The position numbers and the translations under genes were made by a program. Below, in pieces: positions 27,157 to 38,200 of a stretch of DNA of 52,767 nt. The number at the start of each line of letters is the position of its first letter. The first letter of the stretch is position 1. The notes below the pieces were generated by a model. It did no database searches. It was not told the origin of the DNA and saw only the letters and a list, made by a program, of their open reading frames with translations. The stretch is from a virus (lineage: Duplodnaviria; Caudoviricetes): the IMG/VR virus record IMGVR_UViG_3300009499_000013, positions 1 through 52,767 of that record. The stretch is one strand, 5' to 3'.

Positions 27157-28292
27157 ACAAAGCTTCCACCACCAAATGACCCAGCACTGATTTTAAGTCT
27201 CTTTCTACGTTGGCGCTTATTGAGATTTGTTCTACCCATCGGAAGAACGTATCCCCTTATATCTCCACCTGCTGCTGCTCCACCACCGCTGGCTTCGTCT
27301 GTCTGTTCAGAACCATCATCCACACTCTTTTCATCGGTGTCATCTGGTTCATTTATGACACGTCTCTTGCCCTCAGCGATATGAACACGACACAGACCCG
27401 AGACACAACCCAAACACGTCGCTTTACCCATCTTTAACGATATCGGCGATGTTCTATTCCATACCTCAACACGATCGACGACCCATGAACCGACTATCGG
27501 TATCTCAGGTTGTTGTTGCCCGCTTGGAAGGTACGCTAGAGTGATGTGTCCCTGGTACGTCGGGTGTGATTTTACTGGAATTCCTGATGTTTGAAGCGCA
27601 GCAGACAGTGCTTCATGAAGCTCTGATAATCTAGGAGATGATACTCTAACATGAAACACACTGGCGTCATCATTAAAGAAATAACCTGTTCCGCATAACT
27701 CAACCTGAAATGGTTGCATCGCAGACAGCACTTGCATGCATATCGGTTTGACTCTGGTTGCCTGTTCGTCGCTGAGGTCATCTGTTAAAACGACTGATAT
27801 ATGAGCAGGGCTAGCATCACGTGCAAACCTATCTAGCATCGCTGGGTAGAGCGCCTCGAGCTGTCTGACTATCGTATTCGGTACAGGAATGAAGACGCCG
27901 TATGACACGCCGACGCTGTTCTCACTCAACAGACCCCCCGAAAAGACCAGCGCGCAGTTCAGACCAATGTCTGGTTGGTTAGCGACAGTGTTTCGTGGTT
28001 GCAAAAATAACTTCGACTGCTTCTTAAAGAGCGTGTCATACCACTCTTTATCATCATCATTCATGATGACGTTTTGCATTAGCTGTGATGCAGAAACATC
28101 AGGAGACGTTGACGGTTCTCCTCGTGTAAGAATGGGTATCTTTCCCGTTTTTCTATCTGGATTATCAATCCGAGCAGACCCAGCAGAGCCGCCGACGTTT
28201 CCAATCGACGATGGAAACAACGGAGCTTTTTCTACAGGATTAACGTTCTGTGCTGTCGGCTGAAGGGCTCTCTTCCTACGTTTCTGTGGCAC
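27153..28292 (-). CDS. 2H phosphoesterase domain within a low-complexity, virion-like protein
   Basis: PAHISVV and YQGHITLAY HxS/T motifs; late-type TACTTA upstream. Confidence 0.8.
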   Translation of the reverse strand: MPQKRRKRALQPTAQNVNPVEKAPLFPSSIGNVGGSAGSARIDNPDRKTGKIPILTRGEPSTSPDVSASQLMQNVIMNDDDKEWYDTLFKKQSKLFLQPRNTVANQPDIGLNCALVFSGGLLSENSVGVSYGVFIPVPNTIVRQLEALYPAMLDRFARDASPAHISVVLTDDLSDEQATRVKPICMQVLSAMQPFQVELCGTGYFFNDDASVFHVRVSSPRLSELHEALSAALQTSGIPVKSHPTYQGHITLAYLPSGQQQPEIPIVGSWVVDRVEVWNRTSPISLKMGKATCLGCVSGLCRVHIAEGKRRVINEPDDTDEKSVDDGSEQTDEASGGGAAAGGDIRGYVLPMGRTNLNKRQRRKRLKISAGSFGGGSFV

Positions 28293-28325
28293 AACTCATA
28301 AGTATGTCGTGCATACGCAACACAA

Positions 28326-29522
28326 TCATATGATTCGAACTCTTTCAAATGCAAAATAACTATTGAGTCGATTGACGCATGTGAATGCACCCGTTAGCTT
28401 TCGAAGCTCACCATCCCACACGAAAACGATGCCCTCAACATTTTTGTTAAAATGACTAACGTCTGCACGCCTGATGGCTGATGCAGCTCTTTCTAGAACT
28501 CTTTGCTCTGGTGCCCAGAGTCGTCCGTCCTTTAATGCAAGCTTTGCGTTATTGACCATCTCACGCATCCTCGTCAGATGGTCAACGTCATCGACTATCG
28601 CTAGCTTAAAGTCATAGCTGTCAATCGCGTAGGAACCTAGCTCTCTAAAGAATTCTTCAATGGGAAGTATCGCTTCACCGACGAATGAAGCACGTTCATC
28701 ATCTATGCGCTTGAATTCGCTCCAAGTGTCGCCGGGAAATTCCCTATGACTGATTATCGATGCATCATCATAGGCCAACCTGCGTGCAGCAGAAAGAAGC
28801 TTTGCACCCGAAAGATGCACATTGTTTTTGAGAGAATGACAGACGTGTGTCGTGAGCATGTCTCCCATCGTCGCATTGCCACCGAAGCTCTTTGTAAGAG
28901 CATTCCACTTTTGAATAAGATTTTCTTGAATTACCTCGTTCTCTTGGAGAGGCCTGAATTCAACGAAAGGAGCACCCATGATAGTCCATCCATTGACTAT
29001 CCCGTTGTCATGTGCGATGTCCTGAAGGCGCTGGAGCTGTTTTGACATAACACCGTCGAAGTGTCTAGCTCCAATCGGTTGAGAACCAATGATGCAAACA
29101 TAGTTTCCTGAATATCTGACAACATTTCTATTAATCGGTGAAACAACCTCAGATTGAACAACAACGGCACCGTCATAAAAGATTGAATTAATGAGTTCGT
29201 ATGGTGAGCTATGAACCAAATGCTGCAATGCATCATATGCACCAAGAAATGCATCTCTTACCTGTGGCTTATCAGCGTAATGTTCAGCAAGCTCATCTCT
29301 GTTTAGACCTTCACGAGCACGTATCCACTTCGGACAACCCTTTCCCATAAAACGAACGCTGTCGCCGATGACGGTGAATGTGAAATTTTGACCGTCAAGC
29401 TTTTCACGAGGAGATTGAAGCTCACCTGACATGACACTCTTAATGAGTCTTGGAACCGAGGATAAGGGAAGATGCATATCCTCATAGAAATTGAGGATAT
29501 GAGTGTCCATGTCAGATGGCAT
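28326..29522 (-). CDS. ligase-like covalent nucleotidyltransferase
   Basis: motif I EKLDGQN, motif IV EGIVF, motif V RKLTG. Confidence 0.65.
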   Translation of the reverse strand: MPSDMDTHILNFYEDMHLPLSSVPRLIKSVMSGELQSPREKLDGQNFTFTVIGDSVRFMGKGCPKWIRAREGLNRDELAEHYADKPQVRDAFLGAYDALQHLVHSSPYELINSIFYDGAVVVQSEVVSPINRNVVRYSGNYVCIIGSQPIGARHFDGVMSKQLQRLQDIAHDNGIVNGWTIMGAPFVEFRPLQENEVIQENLIQKWNALTKSFGGNATMGDMLTTHVCHSLKNNVHLSGAKLLSAARRLAYDDASIISHREFPGDTWSEFKRIDDERASFVGEAILPIEEFFRELGSYAIDSYDFKLAIVDDVDHLTRMREMVNNAKLALKDGRLWAPEQRVLERAASAIRRADVSHFNKNVEGIVFVWDGELRKLTGAFTCVNRLNSYFAFERVRII

Positions 29523-29563
29523 GGTTCATTGTAATATCAATCGTTCATCGAAATCAATACGAA

Positions 29564-30223
29564 TTAAAGCTTCGAAGGGGCGGCATCGAACAACGACGTT
29601 CGCATCTTTTCACACTGCGTCGACCATCTATCTGCCCAATGAACAATCAACGCAAGTGATGGCTCTTTCATACCGTATTCTCGATTACCCTCAGCATACA
29701 TCCCATCATTCAAGAGCACTGAGAGATATTCATCCTCCGACAACTTCACGCCAAATTGGCTCATCGTGAACAGACCAAGCTGTGAGTTTGGCATGCGGAT
29801 TGAATCATTCTTGCGATACATCTGACCCTGCTTGTTATGCCACTGGCTGTCTTGCATGACGTAGTAATCAGCGTCAAGCGTACCAACCTTACCCCAATCA
29901 TGAAGTGCAGCAGCGATGATGATGCTATCCTTCGATGACTTCACATTAAGAGCCGCCGAGATATTGATTGCAGTCCTTAAGACTCTTAATGAGTGGTCGA
30001 TGAACCCACCCGGAAATGCATTATGAAACTCAATCCGCGTCGACGCTGGAGCAATGCACGCCCTTTCACCGAAATGATTGAGCATCTCCTTCAGCTGTGG
30101 AGCCCTTGCACCAGTCTGCTCAAGCAATCCGTTGAATGAATCCCAGTTTTCTTTGATTTTTTGAAAATGCTCTTCACTCTTCCATGTTGCCTTTATTTTC
30201 GATATTTCTGAATCATCAAACAT
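29564..30223 (-). CDS. HD-domain phosphohydrolase
   Basis: APAS..FH.AFPGG..DHS, LHDWGK, HWAD. Confidence 0.85.
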   Translation of the reverse strand: MFDDSEISKIKATWKSEEHFQKIKENWDSFNGLLEQTGARAPQLKEMLNHFGERACIAPASTRIEFHNAFPGGFIDHSLRVLRTAINISAALNVKSSKDSIIIAAALHDWGKVGTLDADYYVMQDSQWHNKQGQMYRKNDSIRMPNSQLGLFTMSQFGVKLSEDEYLSVLLNDGMYAEGNREYGMKEPSLALIVHWADRWSTQCEKMRTSLFDAAPSKL

Positions 30224-31424
30224 CTATAAACTCCACCCTGACTGGGAATGATGCATCAAACCCCTTGATGCTTTCACATGAACGTGCTACATCATCAATG
30301 TATCCAACGAAATCAGGATGGATATCAATCATGAGTGCGTCATGTATTATGAACAACGGATGCATTAACATACAGCGCTCTTTGATGAATGCAATCGCTT
30401 TGCTGAAACCCAGCACCGCGGCGTCTGACGCTGTTGATTGTGTGTAATAATTGATTAGCTTTTTTGCGTTTGATACAAAGATTGGTCTGCCGTATCCGTT
30501 TTTTATCATTCCATCATGCGCAGATGCAGTTATCGACCGCAGCAGTCCATCGATGTTGAGATATTCTGCAATGAGTTGCGTTGCTAGTGATAGCATGGGT
30601 TCAGACAGGCCAGTCATGTGTCCAATCGTCTTTTTTGATGCACCGTATAGTAGCGATATCGTGGCGATTTTTGCCTGTTCACGTGTAATAATACCCACGA
30701 CATCGTCTGACACGTGTGCATACACATCTGTGTGGGGTATCCTATTCGTTGAAAGCATTGCAACACGTGCCTCGAGTGAGCGATAGTCTATAAGCGCTAT
30801 GCGACCGCCAACGTATCTAGATTTTAGAGCACCGCGATACCGCTTTGAAAGCGTAAGCATCCTCGGGCCAGATGTGATTGTCAGGCGACCCGTCACCGTT
30901 GAAAGCTGGTCATACGTCGGTACTTTCGCATATCCATCAGCATCAGGCCTGAGTGTCTCTAGTGCAGCCCGATTTGTGTGGTTGGCTTCATTGCTGATGA
31001 ATGATTCAAGCCTGTCGATGTCGATGCAAGCATGCTCTAATGCTCCCAATGTCTCTCTAATGCATTGAAACACGTCAGTATAGTATGTCATATGCTCTGA
31101 GCTCAGAGTTCTTGTGATGTCATCTAGAAGCCCAGACATGAATGAGTCAAACACGCTTTTTGGTAATGCAGACCGCCAACGAATGGGCACGCCCGGAGCT
31201 AGCATGTCATACGCATCCTTGAACTGCTTCGGTGGAGACGTTCTGATGGGTGTTCCACCGAGTGATGCCAATGCGTCAATGCTCATCAATGCATTTGTGT
31301 CGCCGACGACCCATGTGCTCTTCGATGGCACACCATCGCATATCCGATATTTCATCGTGTCTGTGTCATAAAGCACATCAAGCTTTTCACCCAACACATC
31401 TCTTAATATGCACACAGAAACCAC
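30216..31424 (-). CDS. compact family A DNA polymerase
   Basis: TVTGRL, motif A DYRSLEAR, motif B REQAKIATISLLYG, NYYTQSTASD, motif C IHDA. Confidence 0.85.
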   Translation of the reverse strand: MVSVCILRDVLGEKLDVLYDTDTMKYRICDGVPSKSTWVVGDTNALMSIDALASLGGTPIRTSPPKQFKDAYDMLAPGVPIRWRSALPKSVFDSFMSGLLDDITRTLSSEHMTYYTDVFQCIRETLGALEHACIDIDRLESFISNEANHTNRAALETLRPDADGYAKVPTYDQLSTVTGRLTITSGPRMLTLSKRYRGALKSRYVGGRIALIDYRSLEARVAMLSTNRIPHTDVYAHVSDDVVGIITREQAKIATISLLYGASKKTIGHMTGLSEPMLSLATQLIAEYLNIDGLLRSITASAHDGMIKNGYGRPIFVSNAKKLINYYTQSTASDAAVLGFSKAIAFIKERCMLMHPLFIIHDALMIDIHPDFVGYIDDVARSCESIKGFDASFPVRVEFIDV

Positions 31425-31485
31425 ATGTCATTGTATCTAATGTCAGGTGTTGATAACACAACACAACATTTGATATGATACAAGC
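31425..31485. promoter_or_regulatory. divergent sigma70-like promoters
   Basis: plus strand TTGATA-N18-TATGAT-N6-ATG; minus strand TACAAT-N5-GTG. Confidence 0.6.
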
Positions 31486-32085
31486 ATGAAGACAAAAGAG
31501 CTCATTCAACGCTTAAACGAAGCTGACCCGGGTGGTGATGCTGAGTGCTGCATCAACAATCATGACATCTTATACGTCGAATCGATGCCCACATGGTATG
31601 ACGGTAAGTTGGAAATCCTAGATAGAGATAAAAGCATCGACGGATATAACGTCATCGGTGCACGTGTCGTTGCTAGCGGTCAAAAAATTAAAATACATTC
31701 ACACTCAATAGAGGACATGATAGGTGTATCGCATAAGCTTCCCGTCGACCTATCTGATATCAAGAACACAACAATCATCAAAGCATATGAAGCGATGATT
31801 GAGCAGTTCAGAAAAGACTCAATCACAGTCAAACATGATGCCGCCCTGTGGTCATTTAGATTGTTCATCGAAAAAAAGGTAAAAGAAGCCGGTGTGAGGT
31901 TGAATGAATCAATGATTGAAGGCGCTGCTCGAACGTTCTTCGACAATAATCTGTCTGATGATGATGCGATGCCAGCAGACATATGTGAAAAGCAACTAAG
32001 CTGGACTGACAGACGTCATATGCAATGGGATAGAGAGCTCTCTGTTTCAGTGACAGATAGCTCAATTGAAATCAAGCGTGCATGA
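31486..32085 (+). CDS. hypothetical protein
   Basis: 199-aa ORF, MKTKELIQRLNEADP start, own promoter. Confidence 0.75.
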   Translation: MKTKELIQRLNEADPGGDAECCINNHDILYVESMPTWYDGKLEILDRDKSIDGYNVIGARVVASGQKIKIHSHSIEDMIGVSHKLPVDLSDIKNTTIIKAYEAMIEQFRKDSITVKHDAALWSFRLFIEKKVKEAGVRLNESMIEGAARTFFDNNLSDDDAMPADICEKQLSWTDRRHMQWDRELSVSVTDSSIEIKRA

Positions 32086-32104
32086 AACATCGTCTCTTGC
32101 TTGC

Positions 32105-34903
32105 TTATTTCTTTGTTTTATTCTGCAAATCGTCAAGCTGTTGTAGCATTGTGCCGACCTGATTTGGAAGGCTTTCATAGCGACCGTATGCGTCAAGTGG
32201 GACAAAATCGATTTTGCTCTCAAATCGACCCGGAGATATCTCATGTGTGAGTTTGTTGATGCCGTAGATGTTATCGATCGTTGTGTTTGTCATAAAATCT
32301 AAAAACATCTGTTGTGCGTAGCTGAATAAAGGACATCCAACAGTCGTCATGCTTACCTTTGCGGGTAACGTTCGAAGTGGAAGATTCGATTTTGTAAGAC
32401 CACTTGGTGCAAGTGGACCTGCATCACCTGCTCTTAACATGTGTATCGTTGAGAGATTTGGGTTTTGTATCGTTGAGAACGTCGCGTCCTTGATGCCAGT
32501 GTTATTGCTTCCATACGTCAGCGTCGGTACGTTCTGTCTGATGAATGCTCGTAGCTTGTCGATGTCAAACGTTATGTTATAAACATTACCGGGTTCAGAT
32601 ATGCTAGCATTGACCTTTTCAAGCTTTGCCTTGACGTCTGTCGCTGAGACAACGACACCCGCGGTGTTTGCTCGTTTTATCGTTTCATTAAAGACGCGAG
32701 CATGCTCGCTAGCGATATTGTTCGCGACGTTTCCTATCGTTCTAAGGTCCTCTTCTCTACTTGCTAGGATGAGTGAGCTGATGCCCTCATATGCAGTCGC
32801 GCATTTATCAAACACGTGAATTTTGAGGATTGTTCGAAGCTTCTCTGCACTCTGCAGCTGTCCTGAGTCAATGGCAACTGCAGGTACTGTCTCTATTATC
32901 AAGTCTATCTGCGGAGGCTTAAAAACACCGTCCTGAGACCCTATCTGCAACAGACGCGCCTGAACATGGTCATATAGCTTCGTCGCTTCAAGATTTTTGG
33001 GTCTTCCGCTTGGTTGCGTTCTAACACCCGTCTTTGGGTCTATCTCTGTTGAATAGAAGTTGCTCAGACCGTATGCGGGATTTGCAACATCATCGATGAA
33101 ATTGTTTGAGATGTATTGCATGAAATCACGCAATGATAGTTGAAGGCCTCTGCTTCTTGCTATCGCCTCAAGGCCCTTCTCAAGCTCATTGATTTTGATG
33201 ATAAACTCTGCGATATTGTGGTTGCTACACGCGCCCGCTTTAGCGTTGAACGGATAAAAGATTAGTTGAACATCGTCATACTTCTCTTCACCCTGTGTCG
33301 CTATCGGAAGCCCAACGAACGTCGCTAACAACCTTCCCAATGAAACGTAGCCTGTGCGGTCAGTGTCTATCTTGATGTCCTTTACCTTGTTAAGCTTCTC
33401 TTTTGCGCTAAACAAGAACGGGTCGTCTTTCTTCGTCGCTTTTTTGAACCCATTCAACTTCGCTGATATCGTTGATGCAACAGATTTATTGAGGTCTGCA
33501 ACAGCTTGGCTACCCTTTCCGTTCTTACCATAGAGGTCAGTCAACGCTTTTGCGAGGTCCTTGATATCACCATTTGAGCTCTTTGCAGCGTTGTCGATGA
33601 ACTTCATTAAAACTGAGCGTGATTGGTCTGATAGAACAAGCGCAGAACCGATGTCTTCTGAGTTTGAAAATAAATGTTGTTCGCCACGAATCTCTTTATT
33701 TCCGCTATCATTACTCTGTGAAAGCTTCGCCCTAATTGCAGCGATTGATTTTTGCAGATTTCTGACGGCCCTTATCGCGTCAACCGCAGATTTTTGGTCG
33801 CCTATTCTGACTGTCTGAAAATCACTCATTCCTCTAGTGAATAACTTGAGCTTGATTTTCACCTCGCCGTTTTTTGTCATGGAGAACTGTGAGTTAACGA
33901 TGCCATACTTTTCTTTGGCTCGCATTGAATTCAGAAGGTCTGCGTAGATGTTATCACCGCTAGTGTCAGGATGGCTCCACCCGTATTCAATGGAAAGTTC
34001 AGTCGTTCCGTAGAGGTCTGCTCTTATGAAGTCGGCTATCTCAGAAAGTCGTGACCTATCATGAAGTGTGATATCGAGGTCTGCGGTTCGATACGCAAAA
34101 AACCCAACCTGTGGCGTCAGCTCAACGCTAAATCTTTCAATCGACATGAACGGCTTAAACTTATCAAGCGCAACGCCAGCACGAAGGGCATCAATCGTCG
34201 GGTCCGGGTTGTTAAGCGTCTGTGGTGATGTAAAAAGCTCCATACCAGACACTGTCGTGTCTACTGCAGTCTTCGTGTCAACGCCATCTGTCATGCTAGC
34301 CTGACCCTGTAGCGCCATCACAAGAAGCTTTTCATTTTGACTCGTTGATACATCATAGGCTCCACCCAAAAATTTATTGATTGTAAGCCCCTGCACACGA
34401 TTATCACCAGAAATTGGAGGTCGGCCAGTCTGCACGTCTATCGTAAGATACGGCACACAACGTGATAACTCTATTGTAGGAATCATCGTCAGCAATGCAC
34501 ACACTGCACCGACATCACGACCAGCAGGAGTTATACGAATTGTATCAACCTGAATGATTGACAGCTTCATCTTGTCCTGCTTTATGATTGGAGCGATGAG
34601 GTTGTTTGGCTGGAGCGTGTTGCCATCAACATACAGTGAAATGAACTTATCAATCTCTGATTTTGCGCTTCCATCATTCGTTGCAAAGTCATTCAACAGC
34701 TTTGCTATCTGTTTTGCAGACAACCCACCATCAGACACGTCCATAATCTTAAAAAGCACACTGATGATGTCGGATTTCGTCTTTGTCGATGCACCCGTCG
34801 ATTGATTTGGAGACAGCACAGAAAGGTCGATGTTCGACTGTTTCGGTTGCTCCATGTAGTATAGAAGCCTGTCAAGCGCTTCATGTGTTCTATCGATAGT
34901 CAT
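32105..34903 (-). CDS. putative baseplate hub protein
   Basis: IEYGWSHP; C-terminal SMTTVGCP...DNIYGINKLTHEISPGRFES; follows the LysM-like gene. Confidence 0.65.
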   Translation of the reverse strand: MTIDRTHEALDRLLYYMEQPKQSNIDLSVLSPNQSTGASTKTKSDIISVLFKIMDVSDGGLSAKQIAKLLNDFATNDGSAKSEIDKFISLYVDGNTLQPNNLIAPIIKQDKMKLSIIQVDTIRITPAGRDVGAVCALLTMIPTIELSRCVPYLTIDVQTGRPPISGDNRVQGLTINKFLGGAYDVSTSQNEKLLVMALQGQASMTDGVDTKTAVDTTVSGMELFTSPQTLNNPDPTIDALRAGVALDKFKPFMSIERFSVELTPQVGFFAYRTADLDITLHDRSRLSEIADFIRADLYGTTELSIEYGWSHPDTSGDNIYADLLNSMRAKEKYGIVNSQFSMTKNGEVKIKLKLFTRGMSDFQTVRIGDQKSAVDAIRAVRNLQKSIAAIRAKLSQSNDSGNKEIRGEQHLFSNSEDIGSALVLSDQSRSVLMKFIDNAAKSSNGDIKDLAKALTDLYGKNGKGSQAVADLNKSVASTISAKLNGFKKATKKDDPFLFSAKEKLNKVKDIKIDTDRTGYVSLGRLLATFVGLPIATQGEEKYDDVQLIFYPFNAKAGACSNHNIAEFIIKINELEKGLEAIARSRGLQLSLRDFMQYISNNFIDDVANPAYGLSNFYSTEIDPKTGVRTQPSGRPKNLEATKLYDHVQARLLQIGSQDGVFKPPQIDLIIETVPAVAIDSGQLQSAEKLRTILKIHVFDKCATAYEGISSLILASREEDLRTIGNVANNIASEHARVFNETIKRANTAGVVVSATDVKAKLEKVNASISEPGNVYNITFDIDKLRAFIRQNVPTLTYGSNNTGIKDATFSTIQNPNLSTIHMLRAGDAGPLAPSGLTKSNLPLRTLPAKVSMTTVGCPLFSYAQQMFLDFMTNTTIDNIYGINKLTHEISPGRFESKIDFVPLDAYGRYESLPNQVGTMLQQLDDLQNKTKK

Positions 34904-35199
34904 CAGGCCACCAGGTTTGCGACCTCAGAGAGGTCAATAGGAATAACTAACCTTGTCCCAGGAGCAACCTGAAGCCCCCATCCGATGCCTGATGCAGCAG
35001 CAATGACCCACCAGCTGCTCGAGTCGCCGTATTCACGACCAGCTATGATGTCTAGACGTTCAACACCCTGTAGGGTGATTACACGTGTTCTGATGACGTT
35101 ATTATCGACAGCCTGCTTGATGACATTCGTTGCAAGTGATGTTCCATATGCACCACCGCCAGAAATGATTGGAGCGCGTGCGTATCTTTTAAGTCCCAT
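34903..35199 (-). CDS. LysM/tail X-like baseplate wedge protein
   Basis: ERLDIIAGREYGDSSSWWVIAAAS...PGTRLVIP. Confidence 0.85.
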   Translation of the reverse strand: MGLKRYARAPIISGGGAYGTSLATNVIKQAVDNNVIRTRVITLQGVERLDIIAGREYGDSSSWWVIAAASGIGWGLQVAPGTRLVIPIDLSEVANLVA

Positions 35200-35204
35200 A
35201 TGTT

Positions 35205-38200
35205 TTATCCGATGATATCATCGCTCTTAAATAATCTCTCAACAGCATCAGCGTTTTTCTTATGAATCTCTCGTGCAGTCTTCGTATCACCGTATGGGTC
35301 TGATGCAACCTCATTAACGATGTGTCCAACGTTATAAACGGGTGCCCTGTTAAAGCCGTCAGCGTCGATGCCAGGAGCAATATCATGTATCGGCTGAAAT
35401 GTCATTTTAACGATGCAGTGCTGCGGTGCCTTTGAACCGAGGTTGATTTCCCATGATGGTGTTTTCCAATCGAATGAAACGTTAGTAATCACGCCCGCAA
35501 GGCCTCGGCCTCGTGTTGACTCAAATGAACGAACTATGACGTTGTTGTCAGCTGAAAAGAAGCTCTCCACAGCACGTTGTTCGGCCGTTGGTGAGTCTGT
35601 CAGACCAAGCTTATCAAGCGCTCTTGAAAGTATAAATTCTTCGTCGGGCATCAAATCATTGTGCTCAACGATGTATGGACCGGCATAAACGCCCTCAGGT
35701 GGGCTATCAAACACGACAGTGTATATCTCAACCTGAATCTTTGTGCTTGGATTCGTGCTTTTACCGCGGCTGTTGATTGTGCAAACGAGCGGCTCATTCG
35801 TATTTTGAATCTTCTTTTTATTTGAGAATCCAAGTATAGGAAGAGGCGCAGCACGCTTTTCATTGACCTTCAGCGCAGCCTTATCACCCTCATGGTAACC
35901 GTCGTCTTCTGGCTTAGCAGAACCGACTGGGTCTGTCATCATTTTATCACGAATCTTCTTTGCTTCTGCATTGATTTTTTCTGCTCGCTCAGCAGCCATC
36001 GTTCCAGCAGTTCCATCAAGCTTAAAGTCCTCTGTTCCGATGCCGAACAAACGCGCAAGACCGAACTTAGAGTAGTTCGAACGATAGAGGTCTCCAAGCC
36101 GAAGCCTTATGACAGGTGATGATGTCATGACCTGAGAAAACGGTTGTATGAATGCGTCCTGTCCGGCCTCAACTTTTCGCCCTCTAGACCACTGTGGGTA
36201 GAGCATTGTGATGAGCTTATTAATCTTCCACCACATGACATCGAAATCTGCATGACTTGTTGCAATGACATGGAAGCTTAGATTAATCGATCTGTCTGTG
36301 CCCGTGTAGCCCAACACTGGGTCGACACGACCGAAGTATGTGTCTTTAACATAGTTTGCGTTGAATGATTCATCAATCGCTGACAAGAATGCGTGGAATG
36401 AAACGATTTCATTCGTTCGTAGGTCATGAAAATAAAATGGTACGTATTCACTTTCTAGATGGTCTTCAATCCTTTTAACGTCATCACCCTTTATTCGACC
36501 CGTTGCATTAATAACGCTAGTGTCAATAGAGACGCCCTGTTCTGAGATTATTCGTGCGTCTGCTATGTTTCCAACACCCTCAAGCGTTGATTTATCCTGT
36601 GTGAATGATGATGCAGCACCCGTCGCAGATGGAGGAAGCAGATACAACGATGGTGTTGATGATGTTCTCCATGATAGACCAGGTACCATCGATTTTGCTC
36701 TGCTCTTTCTAACGTGAGTTATCGCGTTATCTGCTAGTCTGTCGATGTATGATATTCTGCCGTCAGGCGTTCCCTCGGCTGGGTCGCCAAGCGCGCCAAG
36801 AGCGCCTGTCGACAAAAAGCCATTATCCTCAAGATAAAGAACGGTATCGCCCAAGCCCGCTAACATGTTTATAAATCCAATCAATGTCGACGTTTTGATG
36901 ACATCTATCAGGCCAGATAGCGCCTGAAGAGCAGTTATCGGATTCGTCAGGTTGCTGAATATGTCTCCAAACGCTTTAACGACCTCACCACCAGAACGAA
37001 TGATTGCTCTTACTAACACAGCGTAATATCCGGGTGATTTAATGACGCGTACGTAATCACCGAATGAGTCAAGTTGAAAGAAGACGTCGATTCCCCTGTT
37101 AACTGACGTCAGATAATCGTGTCTCACTTCATGAATGCCGAGGTCCTGCAGTGAAATGAGACCACCAGCCATCTGCGTCTTACCGCGTGATGCACCAAGA
37201 GGATGAATGGCAGTCGTGCTTGGAAGCCCAGTCGCATTGATGTTGACGCCGACCAAACCGTTTAGGCCCAACAGAAACCCTTCTATCAAAAGCTTAACGA
37301 CGAGAACAAGTGCAACACCCAACGCAATCATCGTGATGGGTGCAAAACCATCGAACTGCGCAATGTATGAGTTAAGGTTTCCGTATGAATTGCGTCCATT
37401 GTCTAGGATTAATTCACTATCTAGATGCGGTTTTTGGTCAAACCCGGGAGGGATTCCCTGAATCGACGTTAGATTTTTTGCTAGCATCGACCTCGGGTCG
37501 ACGACCTGCGACGCCAAAAGCTGTGCATATCCGGGTAAAAGGCCTCCTGCCTCTGTCGCAATTCTATCTGGATTTCCGAGTGGGCTTCCGTCCTTCGTGA
37601 TGATGCCTGTCGCTCTAAGCATTAATGCCAGACCGACCTTCTTCATCTCTTCATATGTGATGCCTGTAGTGCCATCGACAGAGACGTTATCATATCCACC
37701 GAGGTTCGTCTGTAGCTTGCCCATTGGGCGCTTGTCGATTGTCGTAGCAGATGGTGAGACAGCATACGGTGTGTTCCCTGGATTAGGGTTGAATCTATTT
37801 CGCTTCAATACCTCAGATATCTTCTTCTGTATCTCAGGAGCATCTGGTGGCGTAGCAATCTCAGCATGATGATTACCGACGTTTGCTGACTGCCCACCTG
37901 ACTTCTGAAGCTTACCCTGTGGATTGCCAACTATATGACGTAAGACCTCATGGAATCCAGTCTTTGGGTCCCTTAGCTTCGTGAGTGTTTCATCATCGAA
38001 CGTCGCACCTATGACGCCCAGCGCTTCAAGCAGCGCAGCAGATGCAAAAACTCCATCAGATGGAGTGATAAACTGTGCAGGAGAGCCGTCAGTGTCCTTA
38101 AGAGACAGCGTCGCCTGTAGCTCTGACACTGGGTAGCTGTTCTGTGCCTGTCCCTCTGACGTCAATGACCTGATGTATGAGGCCATCGATTCAAGCGTGA

